A stretch of 64,000 bases of DNA from assembly GCF_036588685.1 (NCBI RefSeq), contig NC_086381.1, positions 57,102,001 to 57,166,000 on the forward strand. Direction: 5' to 3'. The notes below the pieces were generated by a model. That model was not told the origin of the DNA and did no database searches. It saw only the letters and a list, made by a program, of their open reading frames with translations. A program made the position numbers and the translations under genes. This document shows, one piece after another, positions 12,900-25,406 of the stretch. The first letter of the stretch is position 1; every line of letters begins with the position of its first letter. Origin of the DNA: Mytilus trossulus. Lineage: Eukaryota.

Positions 12900-13440
12900 A
12901 TTTACTAAACGTGACTCATGTTATTGTTCTATGATAATTTGTATATTCCTGACTTTCATTGTTTTGTAATTCTTTAATACTTATGACGTGGCGCTGTAAT
13001 TATACATCCCGTCATTGTCTTATTGTTCTATGATATAGTTTGTATTCTTGTCTTTCTTTTTTCTAATATGATTTTATATGTGTTTTTTTGTGTTTCTTTG
13101 ATACATACCGTCATTGTGTCAAGGTGAAATTTTGTATTATCGTCTTTCATTTTTGCTGGTGTGTTTTGTATGTATGCTTTTTTGTGCTTCTTTGTTACAT
13201 GTTTTTTTGCGTTTGTATTTAAAAAGATTATAACACAATGTTTACTGCTGTAACTGACATTCTTACCTAGTATGTCAGTTTGTTTTGTTCACACATCGTT
13301 GTCAATACCATGGAATTTGACGCGACTGTCATGAAAGTGAGAGTGAGAAATTTAGCTAGTTATGAAAATGGTTTAATCCCCCATTGTCTACACAAGAAAA
13401 TACATGTACCAAGTCAGGAATATGACAAATGTTATCATTT
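12900..13440 (+). repeat. Dispersed repeat with degenerate internal subrepeats
   Basis: Recurrent GTCATTGT.TTATTGTTCTATG...TTTGTATT.TTGTCTTTC units; a related copy lies in reverse at about 21880-22270. Confidence 0.5.
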
Positions 13441-14149
13441 GGCATTTTTGTGATTTTTCTCATTGTTACGTTGAATGTCAGCCGAGGTTAATCCTATCAT
13501 CTAACAATGATAATTTTGTTTATTCAGTAGTATTGATTACCCTTGATTTGTACTTATAAAATATTCCATCATGTATTTCTTGGTGTTGGGGTAGTTTGTG
13601 AAGACTGTAAAATAATGAATTGTGTAATATTTTCTTAAACTTCAATTCATGTTTACCAATAGTAATGACAATATAATAGATACACTATAAAAAAAGGAAA
13701 TAATATGAAATTGTACATTAAACAAGTCATAATCAAATATAGTCCGGCCGATTGGTGCAGATATAGAGCAGAATTGCTCACTTGATGGGGAAAGCATGAA
13801 ACTTTGCATAGTAGTTCTTGGTTATATATCTTTAATTTCACCTATGAACTCACTCTGAAAAAATCCAATATGGCTTGCATTTTCAAAATGGCGGAAAAAC
13901 GGTATAAATATCAAGATTGTTTTGAAGGTATTCTACATAATTTCGGAAATTAAAGTAATGATTCTTTAAAAATGAATTTTATGTTCTTGAATTTGTTATC
14001 AATTAATTTTAAAATGTCTATAACACATACATTTGCAAATATGGCTGCATATACAAAAACAAATAGTGAAATTCAAAATGTTAATCAATATGTTACATGT
14101 TAGTGTAATTGTTCTTTAAACGCTTTCCGTTTTAATGGTTGGAATGAAA

Positions 14150-16800
14150 TAGGTTGAAACGAGTCGATTGAACGTTAATACAGGTCGGTTAAACGTGGTG
14201 AAATAGTAGGTGACTCATTTTAACTTTGAGGAAGTGCCGAGGGCACCTTGTCTCGTGTCTCTTCAATGCCACGTCTTACGTCACTTATCGCGTTTTCATC
14301 TGCCGTACCCACTACATAGTCAAAGTATTCTATGTAATCAATAGGTAAACCTTTCTTCAGGCGGATTAGACAATTGCCATCATTTAAAATGGTTAAGGGG
14401 CAACTATTTCCTTTTCCAACTACGTGCGAAATAAATTCGCAACTTTTCAGCGAGCATGGTCCTAAAATGAACTCCTAGTCAGCACTTTTATTAGTTTTAA
14501 TGGTAACAGTCGTTTTTGAGTTTGGCGGAACTGTGATAGTTAGTTTTATGCAAACTTGTTGAGTTGAGATCTCGTTTCCACTGTTAACAAATGCCGCATT
14601 TATCACTTTATTGTTGATGGTAAATGTGGGAGTACTCAGGTTTATCACTGCGCTCAGTGTGTCCAAAAAATCTAGCCTAAGTATAACATCGTCTCTTAAT
14701 GTCTCTTTACACAAATCCCATTGTATGTTTACTCTATTAATGTCGAGAGTCGTTCTTTATAATATTCCCAAAACAAGCTGTTAACACAAACCACGTAGCG
14801 TTACGTTCTCCAAATCTCCATTTTCTGCCGGAAGTAATTTCTCATTAACTAATGTTATCATTGCAGCAGTGCCCACAATCATGCTCACACTCTGATCATG
14901 TATAGTAACTCGTACTGCTAAGCTCTTTCAAATGGTTCGTCTGATAACAATATCGGACAAGGCCTTGGCCCTTTGTTCGATTTTGTTATGAGGTGATGTT
15001 TCATGGCCAATAGACTTTGGAATCGTGCGTTGGCCTACTGGCCCGACCCTTTGTTGAATGTTTTTGTGTTCCTCTCTATTACATGCCTTGAAGAATCTTT
15101 GTCTTTACATCCTCGACGGAATGGTTCGGTTTCAATCTAGTTTGATCGTGTTTCTTGCTGAAGCGCTGCTCCAAATGAATGCTTTTTGAAGGCCTTGGAA
15201 TCATTATCTGTGTTTACCTTGCGTGCGTACTCAAAGCCAACATCGGCCTGGCAATCTGGGGCCTACACACATTTTTCCTGTTTTCCCATTGTCATCTACC
15301 GATAGTTCGTTCAAATTTGTAAATGGAAGCCTCCCAAGTAATGGATCCTTTTCAATTGAGTTTTTGCATTTTTGGGAGCTGTGGGCTTCGGCTCCGATCC
15401 CTTGCACCAAGATTTTCTTGCCATCGGGTATATCGAGCACCTGATATCACCACTAGTTTTTGGTGGGGTGCGTGTTGTTTATTCTTTAGTTTTCTATGTT
15501 GGGTCATGTGTACTCTTGTTTTTCTGTTTGTCTTTTTCATTTTTAGCCATGGCGTTGTCAGTTTGTTTTAGATTTATGAGTTTGACTGTCCCTTTGGTAT
15601 CTTTCGTCCCTCTTTTATCTCTCCAATGAGAAGTCTGAAAAGAGGTGTTGCCACATTCTCTTGGTTTCCTCTGCCCTTTTCTGGATCGGTCAGTGGAGTT
15701 ATCTTGCTGTTATTGGAAGTCTGTTAGAGCTCCAGGAGCTGTCACGGTTGTCATAATTGGAGTGATAAATGTGGGATTTGCCATTGACTTGACGGGGATA
15801 ATACCGTAAGTAGGCACTGCATTCAGCATTGGAGAAACTTGATAAAATTCACTTGCAGCCAATTGTATCTGTAATTGTGTACTGCTCTGAACCAAATATT
15901 ATTGACTCATAGTAGATGGTAAGTGTGCGTAAGAAGACACATACGCCTTTTGCTGGTATCCTTGATTAGTACTGGTGGTTTATAGTATGTTTTTTAATGG
16001 AGATTGTTGTTGAATAATTTAAACTGTCTCATACAGGGCCAAGGGCCCTGATATAGAACTTTTGACTTCAGGTGAAGACACCTTCAACAGAGTTGGTGCG
16101 GTTAATGGTTCATGCGAACTACAATTGGGGTAAGATCAAAGGCATGGATTTTGTTGTGTACTTTTGGTAAACTTGCGTTGTACTGGCTAAGTTCAAATTT
16201 TGGTTTAGATGATGTGTCTATTGCTGGGATTTTAACTTCTTTATTTCGATTGTTCACTAATTCATTCACAACAGATGCCAGTTGTTGCAAGGTACCCTGC
16301 TGTTCAAATGCGCTTTTGAATTGAACTGTGTCTCATTCCTCAGTTGTTGTCAGCTTGTATAAACGTCTCACCACAACATTGAATATCTTATTGTTCTGAC
16401 CATCAATTCCGCCAAGCAATTATTACTAGCCTTGTGGTCTATCCTGTCTTCAGACTGCTGAAGTTGCTGAGATATTGCTCTCATCTGTTTGTTATTAATA
16501 TTCATTGCCTCTTTCTATTCAGCTTGAAACGTAATGAGACTAACACATATTTTATCAATTTGCGCTTCGCTCTGTTTTATATTGCGATAAATCTCAGCTG
16601 TTCTTTGAGCCTGAGATTTTCTATCTGCTAAAATTATTTGTACAATTGTTAATAGTCATTTCTGAGCTGTCCTCTGTTAAAGCTTCTTACGCTGTGGGTT
16701 TTATCAATAACCCCAAGTGATTCAGTTTCTGCCATTTCAATTTTATTGTCCTTGTTGTCCTCAATTCCTGTCATTTCACTGATATGTGTTTAAATTCAGA
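14150..16800 (-). pseudogene. Decayed LTR-retrotransposon (Ty3/Gypsy-like) gag-protease remnant nested in the TIR element
   Basis: Broken frames: MIVGTAAMITLV (degenerate retropepsin DT motif, near 14850-14885), then DVILRLDFL...TITVPPNS (14475-14714); S/Q/P/T-rich gag-like pieces upstream; boundaries approximate. Confidence 0.5.
15435..15617 (+). repeat. Dispersed repeat family B
   Basis: GAGCACCTGA.ATCACC...TGGTATCTTTCGTCCCTCTTTT; other copies at about 18910-19075, 37740-37915, 58285-58450 (-) and 62380-62630. Confidence 0.8.
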
Positions 16801-17659
16801 ATTCACAGTTTAGTACCTCAGATCAATTTTTTGCGACCCAAGAAATGAGATAGGCACTAAATAATAACTTAAGGCAGATAAATCCCAAATCACAGCTTTT
16901 ATGTATGTCCAAAGACAACAAATAGTGCAGCTTTCAATGAAAGCTACTACTGCCGCTTTTTATGAAAAAGACTACTTTGTGTATGAAATGACAAGCAAGG
17001 CAAATTTAAAGGGTACAGAACTGGAACAGATACTAAATGACACTATACATCAATAAAATGCTTAAATTCAGGTCAATTCTCAATAATGAATATTCACTTA
17101 TTTTTCTAGGCGGCCATTTTGAAAATAGCCGCCATTTTTGTCTTTCAAAGATAGATCAAAACAAAATCTTGCTAAATACACCAAGTCATTCAAATATGTT
17201 GCTTTTTGTGCTTCCAGCATCAAATCCACTGGTTTTTGCAATACTTGAAAATATTTTAGAACGTACGGCAGTCATCTTGAAATAAGCCTCAATATTGAAT
17301 TTTGAGGGTGGGTCTATAGGTAATATTGCTCAGTACACAAAAAGGTACCATCATGCCAAAATTGGTGCTTTCCTCATTATTTGAGCATTTTTTTCACCGA
17401 TCGGCCGGACTAAAAGTATTATTCAGCAACTAATAAAGAAGAGCTTAGTGTTAATAAACTGCCAACACATACATGACATAACCGTTTGTGAAAAGATTTT
17501 TATATGTTCAAATGTAAAGCCGCAAGTAAAGTGAATGTGTTCAAATTTTATAGTAAATTATTATTTATAGTGGATTCGATATAACGGGTGCGTTTAAAAA
17601 ATGTTCGATTCGCTTTTGTTCATGGTAAATGTTGTTATATCGAATGGCTCAAGATCATA

Positions 17660-18282
17660 TTTGTCTCTGACTGTTTGTGTTTATAACGTCTTTACGCTAG
17701 ATCCATTGGACATTGGATGTGTACTGATTGATATTTTAGCCTAAGATGCACGATTTTTCTATTAGTTGTTAGTGGCTTTGATTTAGCTGCCGGTAACAGC
17801 GAGTACTCTCAGATCTGTACTAGATGTCTTTTTGTTGTTTGGATATACAAGTATCCGGCAACGCCCACTCTGTGTTTTCGAATGATGTATTTCTATTTGT
17901 ATCAACCCGATACATGTAAGTTAAGCATTTGTTACCTGATTGTTATAGTTCGTTCTTATGTTGTACAGTAACACCACTGTCCCGGAGGAGGGATGGGATC
18001 CCGCTAACATGTTTAACCTCGCCAAATTCTTTGTGTATGAGCCAGTCCAAAAGTCAATTGTTGTTCATTTTTTGTACATAAATTAAGCTTTTAGTTTTCT
18101 TGTTTGAATTGTTTTACATTTTGTCAATCCGGGTCCTTTTCAAGCTGAATATGCGGTTTGGGCTTTGGTCATTGTTGAAGGTCATACGGTGACCAATAGT
18201 TGTTCATGTTGTTGATTCCTGTGAAATTTGTCTCTTGTGGAGAATTTTCTTATCGACAATCATACCACATCTTCTTTTTTTA
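17660..18282 (+). repeat. Dispersed repeat family A, long copy
   Basis: Matches 6030-6800 in reverse; ends CAATCATACCACATCTTCTTTTT. Confidence 0.7.
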
Positions 18283-18909
18283 TTTTATCAAAACATGCAT
18301 TTAATAGTACTTTAATCCTTGTGTTTTCATTTTCGCAGTCGTCGCGATATAGTCTTGATGTGCTGATGCGGCGTAAAGCAATCAACAATCAATCAATCTT
18401 TTTCGCAGAATTAACTTTAAACAGAAACGGAGAATTTAAATGGGAATACAAATCATGTTTGTGAAGATTGTTCAACATATTCTTATGTCGGTTGCTTTAT
18501 ATTTTTAAACACAACCTGTTACTTTGACTGATTCCCTTTTTAGTAAAAAAAATATATTATTCTTGATTTGTTTTCTTGTTAAACCTCGACGTTTTTGTTA
18601 TTCTTCACCGATGATTTCTAATAGTATGTCCTTATTTTTTGGTCCGTGCTCCTGCTTTGATATAAATCGATGAGATTTCATCAATTTTTTTTAAATGTAT
18701 ATTATTTTTCTGCATACGCAATGGAGCCTTACAAAATCTTAATTGGTTTCCTGATGTCTATTCGATACAGACATATCAACTATAGGCATAGCGCATAGTG
18801 TGGAGTAAAATAAAGCAAGTTAAGTAAAAAAAAAATATTGTTCAGAAGTTTGGAAAGTTTCCGGGTTTTTTTTCCATACACTTGTATCAGAATCTGCTCA
18901 CTTTTCAGG

Positions 18910-19075
18910 AGCACCTGAGATCACTTTAAATTTTTGGGAGGATTTTTGCTACTCAGTTTTCATTTTTTTATGTTGTATTTTGTGTACCTTTGTTTCTTTC
19001 TAAGCGATGGGGTGGTCAGTTTAATTCGACTTTGAGTTTAATTGAATGTCCATTTGGTATCGATCGACTCTTGTT
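18910..19075 (+). repeat. Dispersed repeat family B, degenerate copy
   Basis: GAGCACCTGAGATCAC...GTCAGTTT...TTTGGTATC. Confidence 0.6.
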
Positions 19076-19714
19076 TTCAGACCTAAAGGAATACCAACAC
19101 ACTGTCACTTCTTTATCTAACTGAAGCTTTTTTTTTCATTCTCTTCAATATTTGATTTTCTTTTTGTCACCTTATTGTTTTGCGTGTCTTGTTAAGCGTA
19201 CAGTATAGAGTTTACTCCTACATGAAGATTAACAAATGTTTGCGATCGCTTACTTAAAGATTCCTGCACATAGTTTTTACATTGACTATCATAAAACTTC
19301 TCCACTTTTTAGAGCATGGCAAACAAACAAGTTTATCATGCTTGATGACAGCTGTATACAAATGCCATTTGAAAACAAATGTACAAATCACGGAAGTAGT
19401 AATAAACCTCTTAAAAGATATTTTGATTTGCTTAAACATATTAAATTGAACCTGTGCTGATTTTTCATGTAAGTCGTGTCAACAAATGTAAACTTAAAAA
19501 AAATATCTTGAGCTGTTAGAACTTTCGCTATTTTTTTCCATACCTAAACAATGCAATAAATCTATGCATCTATGTAAGAACAATGAAAAAAATCCTTCGA
19601 AAGAATAGATAAAAATCAGTATCATTTAAAATGAATTTTATTATATTATTAATCCTTTTAGGCGTAGGAACTCAAAGGCAGTCTATCTACCAGATTTTTG
19701 CACCTGTTCCGCGC

Positions 19715-20078
19715 TTATTCCTTCTTGGAACGTATGCATTTCTTGTAGGAACAGGTATATCCTCCACAGCAGTCATTGCTTCGTGTACAAGTTCTTTCTT
19801 GACATGACTTACAGTTTCCGTAGACACAGCTCGATCCATTACAGCAGTCTCTTGTCTTTTTGCATATTCTTGGGGTGCAGGACTTGCAGTTTCCGGAAAT
19901 GCAGCTAGAATCATCACAGCAGTCACGAGTATTTTTGCATTTTCTTGGGTTACATGACTTGCAGGATCCGTACACGCAGCTATAACCAATACAACATTTA
20001 TTTGACCGGCAACTATCGCCATTATTCCCACATTGTGATGGAGTTGATGGTGTTACAGGTATTCCTCTCTTTACAAGT
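19715..20078 (-). CDS. CRP-I: CRP-I gene 2, exon 4: (K)LVKR-GIPVTPSTPSQCGNNGDSCRSNKCC...CIRSKKE, four Cys modules; precursor 154 aa
   Basis: TTTCAG acceptor at 20079-20080, open frame to the stop at 19715, 24 Cys, AATAAA near 19640. Confidence 0.93.
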
Positions 20079-20621
20079 CTGAAAGATGGAAAGTGGCGCT
20101 TTGAGAGTGATTTACATTCGTACATTATATAACAAGTATAATTTAAGGTAAGACTAACAAAAAAATAGTCTAATTATATTACATTTTTTTCCGGTGTTTA
20201 AGTAAACAAATGCATTGGATTTTACTGGTCAAAGGAATGGATACATTCCGATTAACATCTGCTTATTGATATTGTAAAATGTTAGCCTCAAGTCACAAAA
20301 AGAAACTGTGTGTCTAATTGAGCACAGCTAACGCGCGTAATAATTCTTATAAAAAGCTTAATTAAAGTCCGAAATAAGTTTGTGTCCCCTTTCTTTTGGT
20401 TTTAATTGTCAAGGTTTTTTTTTTTTCTTCTTTTTTCAAACCATTCTAGAATAGCTGTAATTTACATATCAAAATGACTATATCTATACTTTATACGTGT
20501 TTGATAAATTTGCCCCATAGTTACTTATTGGTATAACACAAGTTTCCATCCGTATAGTTTGAGATACAATGTAAAAAGCACAAACATACAATGCCATTCT
20601 TCAATTTAACAACGTACTTAC

Positions 20622-20670
20622 TTGTGAGCCAGCTCATTATTCTCCATCATTTCTTCGACTGCCATGGTTG
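20622..20670 (-). CDS. CRP-I: CRP-I gene 2, exon 3 (pro region, ATMAVEEMMENNELAH)
   Basis: 49 nt, TTCCAG / GTAAGT. Confidence 0.9.
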
Positions 20671-21422
20671 CTGGAAGAAAATATGTTTGATATACACATT
20701 TCATTATCGTCGCTAATACTTTTTGTACATCCGACTCTTAAAATCACTGTATTTGTATCCTTATTTTCAAAAACATTTTGTTATGTAATTATTTTGAATA
20801 AACAATGACCACTGCATACAAATCATTTTAAGTTGCCAATTATGTTAATGGTTGTAGCCATTTCATGAACGTTAAACGTCGTACGAAAGTCACAATTTTA
20901 ATATTTCGATATAAGGAGATGAGGTATGAGGTATGAGGGACAATGAAACGACTCCAAATCACAATTTAAAAAGTAAACCAGTATAGTCTTTCATTATATT
21001 TTACTCTGACATTCAATACAAATTTACTGTATATATCATTAAGAAAATTGTCTGATTCAAGGGAAATCAAATATTGTGCTTTAATCTTCGAGAAAATTGT
21101 TTTAATACTTTTAACCAATACTTCAAAACAGCTATGATACGACCATGAGGTGCAAACTGTATTTTTAATATATATTTTTCGGAAGACTACGCTTATTATT
21201 ATCAAAATTATTGGCTAATAAAAACTGTTTCTTTCCACGTAACACTTAAAATCAAAACATTCAATTATTAATCAGTTATATGTGGGATATACTTCAATAA
21301 GTCAATTACAAAGAATTGAACGAAACAAACGAACAAAATTAAAATCAGCAGGAAAAAAATCCACACACTTGCAACTACACATTGTTAAAATACACAAATA
21401 CGTCTCTTGTTAATTTATTTAC

Positions 21423-21474
21423 CTCCAATGAACACCAACAACAGACTGGCAACTACACAAATGGAAACCTTCAT
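21423..21474 (-). CDS. CRP-I: CRP-I gene 2, exon 2 coding part (signal peptide MKVSICVVASLLLVFIG)
   Basis: ATG at 21474, 52 nt, GTAAAT donor. Confidence 0.9.
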
Positions 21475-22319
21475 TCTTCGTGTATCTCTTTTCTGCAAAA
21501 CACTACAAAACACATACATATTTCTTACTTAGTAATATGTTCATGGTAACAAATCTTAAAGTTTGTTTTTATTTTTTAAATGAAAGTGATGATTTCAAAC
21601 AAGTTGACTGACTTACATTTTTTTGTATATAAACCTCGTTTTTCTATGCCTGATTTGGCACACATACTCGCTGTTTAAATCTGCATCTCAGTCAAAGAAA
21701 ATACAAAGGAATTGAGCGACTTGTACCACAAGGTATAGGTTTAGATGGTACAAAGTAAAATAACAAAAAAAGTTTTATATCAAGTAGCAAAATACAAAGA
21801 CAAACAAATTGTATTTTTTTTCACATTCCTGAATCATTTGAATTAATCATGAATTTTCTTTTTTAAACAAACATCGTGAATTACCCTTGTTTTATAGCTA
21901 GCTTAACCTCTTACTTGTATGACAGTCGCATCCATTTCCATTACATTAACACCAATGTTAAAAAAAAAGTCCAGACATTATAAGTAAAAATAAAGAAAAA
22001 ATAGGGTGCAGTAATCAACATTATGTTTTAATCTTAATCGCTACGACATAATCAAATATGCCATAAAGACAAAACACATAACCATGAATGAAAGACAAGA
22101 ATACAAACAATTACCACTAAAACAAAACAAAATATTGGCGGGTTGCATAAGGAAAGAGCAACGACAAACGGATAATTTAAAAAGTTTACTAAACAATTGA
22201 TAGTTTCCAAAGACAAATTAAAGAACACTATAACATGTGGTTAAGATGAAAAATTCAGTACCTTGAATCTATAATTTGCTATATCTTTTTCTTCTTATGA
22301 TGACTGAAATTGTACTTAC

Positions 22320-22515
22320 GTTAGCAAATGAGATTATCGCTGACTAGAAGACTTCTAACTTAATATCCACTTTTCCCGGCTTTTATACTGGATTTTTACG
22401 CTTATGGAATTTAAAATCTACTGAAGAGATAGTTTTTTAGACATACTACTGCGTCGTTCGGTCTTTCACGTCTATTTATAAAACTGGTGCTAACCAGTTC
22501 AGCTTACACAGACAT
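22320..22515 (-). promoter_or_regulatory. Gene 2 promoter, TATA box and non-coding exon 1
   Basis: TATAAAAG at 22387-22380, GTAAGT donor after 22320, CGTGAAA at 22470-22464. Confidence 0.75.
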
Positions 22516-23354
22516 GAAATATTACGATTACGTAATTAAGATAGTGCGATGTTGAAATTGTGACCTTAATTGCCAGATGAGGAAAATATGCTTGCCTTGA
22601 AATGAAAACCACGTTGAAATCAGTAGCATCGATTGCTTTGTATACTTCACTAAAGACATTCCGACATTTATTTCATCATATTGTTAGGATAATACGTGTG
22701 TCCTGGCTTCAATACTGAGGTATGATATAACAATTGTAATGCAATGGCCGGTGAAGTATTAATTTACTTTTTTCATATTGAATTAATGATTACATATTAG
22801 TTAGGATATTGATATTGATATTGATATGATAAAATACAACAACACATGTACTAACATTGTAAAAACCAACTATTTAAACCTTTGTATTTTGCAATGTTGT
22901 AATGACATGGTGTTAAAATTCAACGTTCAGTATTGAATAAGCGAAAGTATCAAAGACTAGATGAAGGTAAATTATTTTAAAAATAGAGGAAACCATAGCG
23001 TTATTCCCTGCCTGATCGACAATTCTACACTTAATTTAAAAAATAGCATTGTATTTCGTTTCAACATTTAGTTCACAGATCTGCTTTTGTGTAATGTAAA
23101 CCACATCATACTACGTTTACGTGTAATTTGTTGAATTAACAAAATAGGTGTCACATGTTGAGCATTATCCGAAATTACCAGTCTAATCTGAATTCTTTTT
23201 TGAATACTGTTGTTGTCATTTGGTCGTTTTTCGTGTTGTTTTAGTTTGGCATGACTGTTCAATTGTTCCAACTTGAAAGATAAACCATGACACCGAGTCT
23301 TTTGGTATATATATCGTAAATGCAGGCTATTATCTAATTTAAAAAAAATGAATG

Positions 23355-23490
23355 TACTATGGTATCTGTCTATGAAGAAATAACATCAACCATGTGGTGT
23401 AAACTGAAAACATGGCGCAGCGAGTAATTTCACAGTGCACACCACATTTTTTATGTTATTTCGAATAGATAGAAAAAAAATATAGTAGTC
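23355..23490. repeat. Foldback (palindromic) MITE-like element
   Basis: Imperfect hairpin GAAATAACAT..ATGTGGTGT..ACTGAAA / TTTCACAGTGCACACCACAT..ATGTTATTTC. Confidence 0.5.
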
Positions 23491-24129
23491 ATTCCTTATA
23501 ATTTAATTATAAGCTGCAGTAAATCCTGAAAAAATCGTTGTTGACGTCACTGTCAAATGATAAAATTATGTTTATGAGCTGATAGACAAAACGTTGTCAG
23601 CCAATCGGAAGACGCGTTACATCCAATATCAAATTATCAAAAGATAAACTCCTAACTACTCTACTGCCTGTCGATTCTTCTATATTTGCATGGAACAAGT
23701 CATGTCTGCATTGACTGGATATGACATTAAACTATAAATCATGGGATGTCTTGAAGTTAATTTAGTCTCTGATGCATGATTTCTTTTATTATTGATAATG
23801 GTTTTAGGCTTTTGATTAGCTTTTAGTAATTGCTAGAACTCTTATTTCGTACATTCGTGTTACTGTGATCTACTGATATAATTTGTAATGCATTTTTTAG
23901 TTATTTGATGTTTTCCTATTTATCGTTAAATCTCGTCTCACTATTTTCAATAATACCACAGTTGATACGTGTTAGGTATAAACATAAATGTGCACTTACT
24001 CGTACTATAATTAACCAATCTATGTTAACTTTTTTGTGTTATATGTCTTTTTATTTAGCTAAGCAATTTCAATTGATATGTTTTATTTTGTCTTGCAATT
24101 TAGTGATGTTCTACTATTGTTTCATGTTA

Positions 24130-24455
24130 GGATGAAGGTTGGTACATATTAAAACATTCAATCCTGCTGCATTTGGTTGCACCAATTCTATGTGAGAAAC
24201 CTGATATTCAGTGGTCGTTGTGTGTTGAAGCGTTCACACAGTGTTTCTCGTTTGTCGTGTTTTCGTCTAGATTATACCGTCGATTTACCTGTTTGAATGG
24301 TTATCCACTAGTCGTGTTTGGGGTCCTTTGTCGTTTGGTGTTCAGTGTGAGCCAAATACTCTGCTTTCAATGTCGTATGCCTATAAAGTTTTTTTTTTAT
24401 AAAATTTTGAATTGGTTGGAGAGTTGTCTCGTTGGCGTTCAAACCACATATATTA
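24130..24455 (+). repeat. Dispersed repeat family A copy
   Basis: GTTTGAATGGTT..ACTAGT..GTGTGAGCCAA..GGAGAGTTGTCTC shared with 36618-36795, 61090-61245 and 31158-31575 (-). Confidence 0.6.
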
Positions 24456-25194
24456 TTTAGTGAGCTTGTGAACACGTATTACTAATAAGCAATGTAACTT
24501 TACTATTAATAGTACGCAAATTTGCCTAACATACTTTTTTGGAGTAACTTTATGTTTTATCTGTTTGTGCCTTGTGAGTTTGTCAGTGTAAACCCATGGG
24601 GTAAAAATGTCTGATTGTTCATTAATCGTGTTTCAATATATTTCAAGATACATTTGATTACATTAAACGAACGGTTAGGTCAAAATGGTCAAGCTGCATA
24701 CATTAGACTTCATGCTAATGTCAAGCAAGCATGCTTTTTATGGTTCCTTACTGCAAGTAAACAGATATGCAACAAAATCATTGTTTCTAGGAATACATCA
24801 GTATTAACCTTTAGCTGAAACACGTACAAATGTAGGTACTTTACTGGATAATAGTAGCTAATAGGTTAATAACAACCATATATCGATAATTGCTTACTTA
24901 CAAAACTTAGTTTTTTTACCAGAAAAAGTAATCATAACTGCAATGTGGGGCTTTATGTTAAGATTATGCTAAAAAGATTATGTTAAAATTACGTAAAAAA
25001 TATCCTCGAGCTTAGAAATCCTCTTGTCGAATGTAAGCATTGAGACTAACATAAATTACAAATAGTTCAAGAGACTGGTTTTACGTATTATAAAGGTAAA
25101 TGTAATCGTTTGACAGTTTGATTTTTTTTTCATTTGATCATACACACAAAACATCATCATTCACAAGAAGAGAGTCGGAACAAATGTCACATCA

Positions 25195-25406
25195 TACCGT
25201 ATAGCGGGTTATTTTCGCGTGTGTAACATTTAGCGATTTTCATGTAATAAGGTATACGAAATATTTTAGCATTTATTATTTTGGTGGATTCAAAATGTTT
25301 AACAACACGTACACTTTTAAAATGACGGAATTTATTTTGGCGATTTTGTTCTTTCCGCAATAATAAGCGAAAATAACAACCTGCTAAAATAACCCGATTT
25401 ACGGTA
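25195..25406. mobile_element. MITE with TA flanks (Tc1/mariner-type)
   Basis: TACCGTATAGCGGGTTATTTT / AAAATAACCCGATTTACGGTA terminal inverted repeats. Confidence 0.75.

Larger units (their letters stand above)
13740..17412. mobile_element. 3.7-kb non-autonomous TIR DNA transposon with TAG...CTA termini (Academ-like ends)
   Basis: TAGTCCGGCCGATTGGTG (13740-13757) / CACCGATCGGCCGGACTA (17395-17412); subterminal AAAATGGCGG-type motifs at both ends; no clear TSD. Confidence 0.7.

Noticed and set aside
19715-20125. Calling the Cys-rich exons metallothionein, granulin, EGF/tenascin or keratin-associated proteins
   Set aside because: The signal peptide, pro piece, KR site and strict six-Cys C-C-CC-C-C module fit CRP-I/knottin-type peptides better
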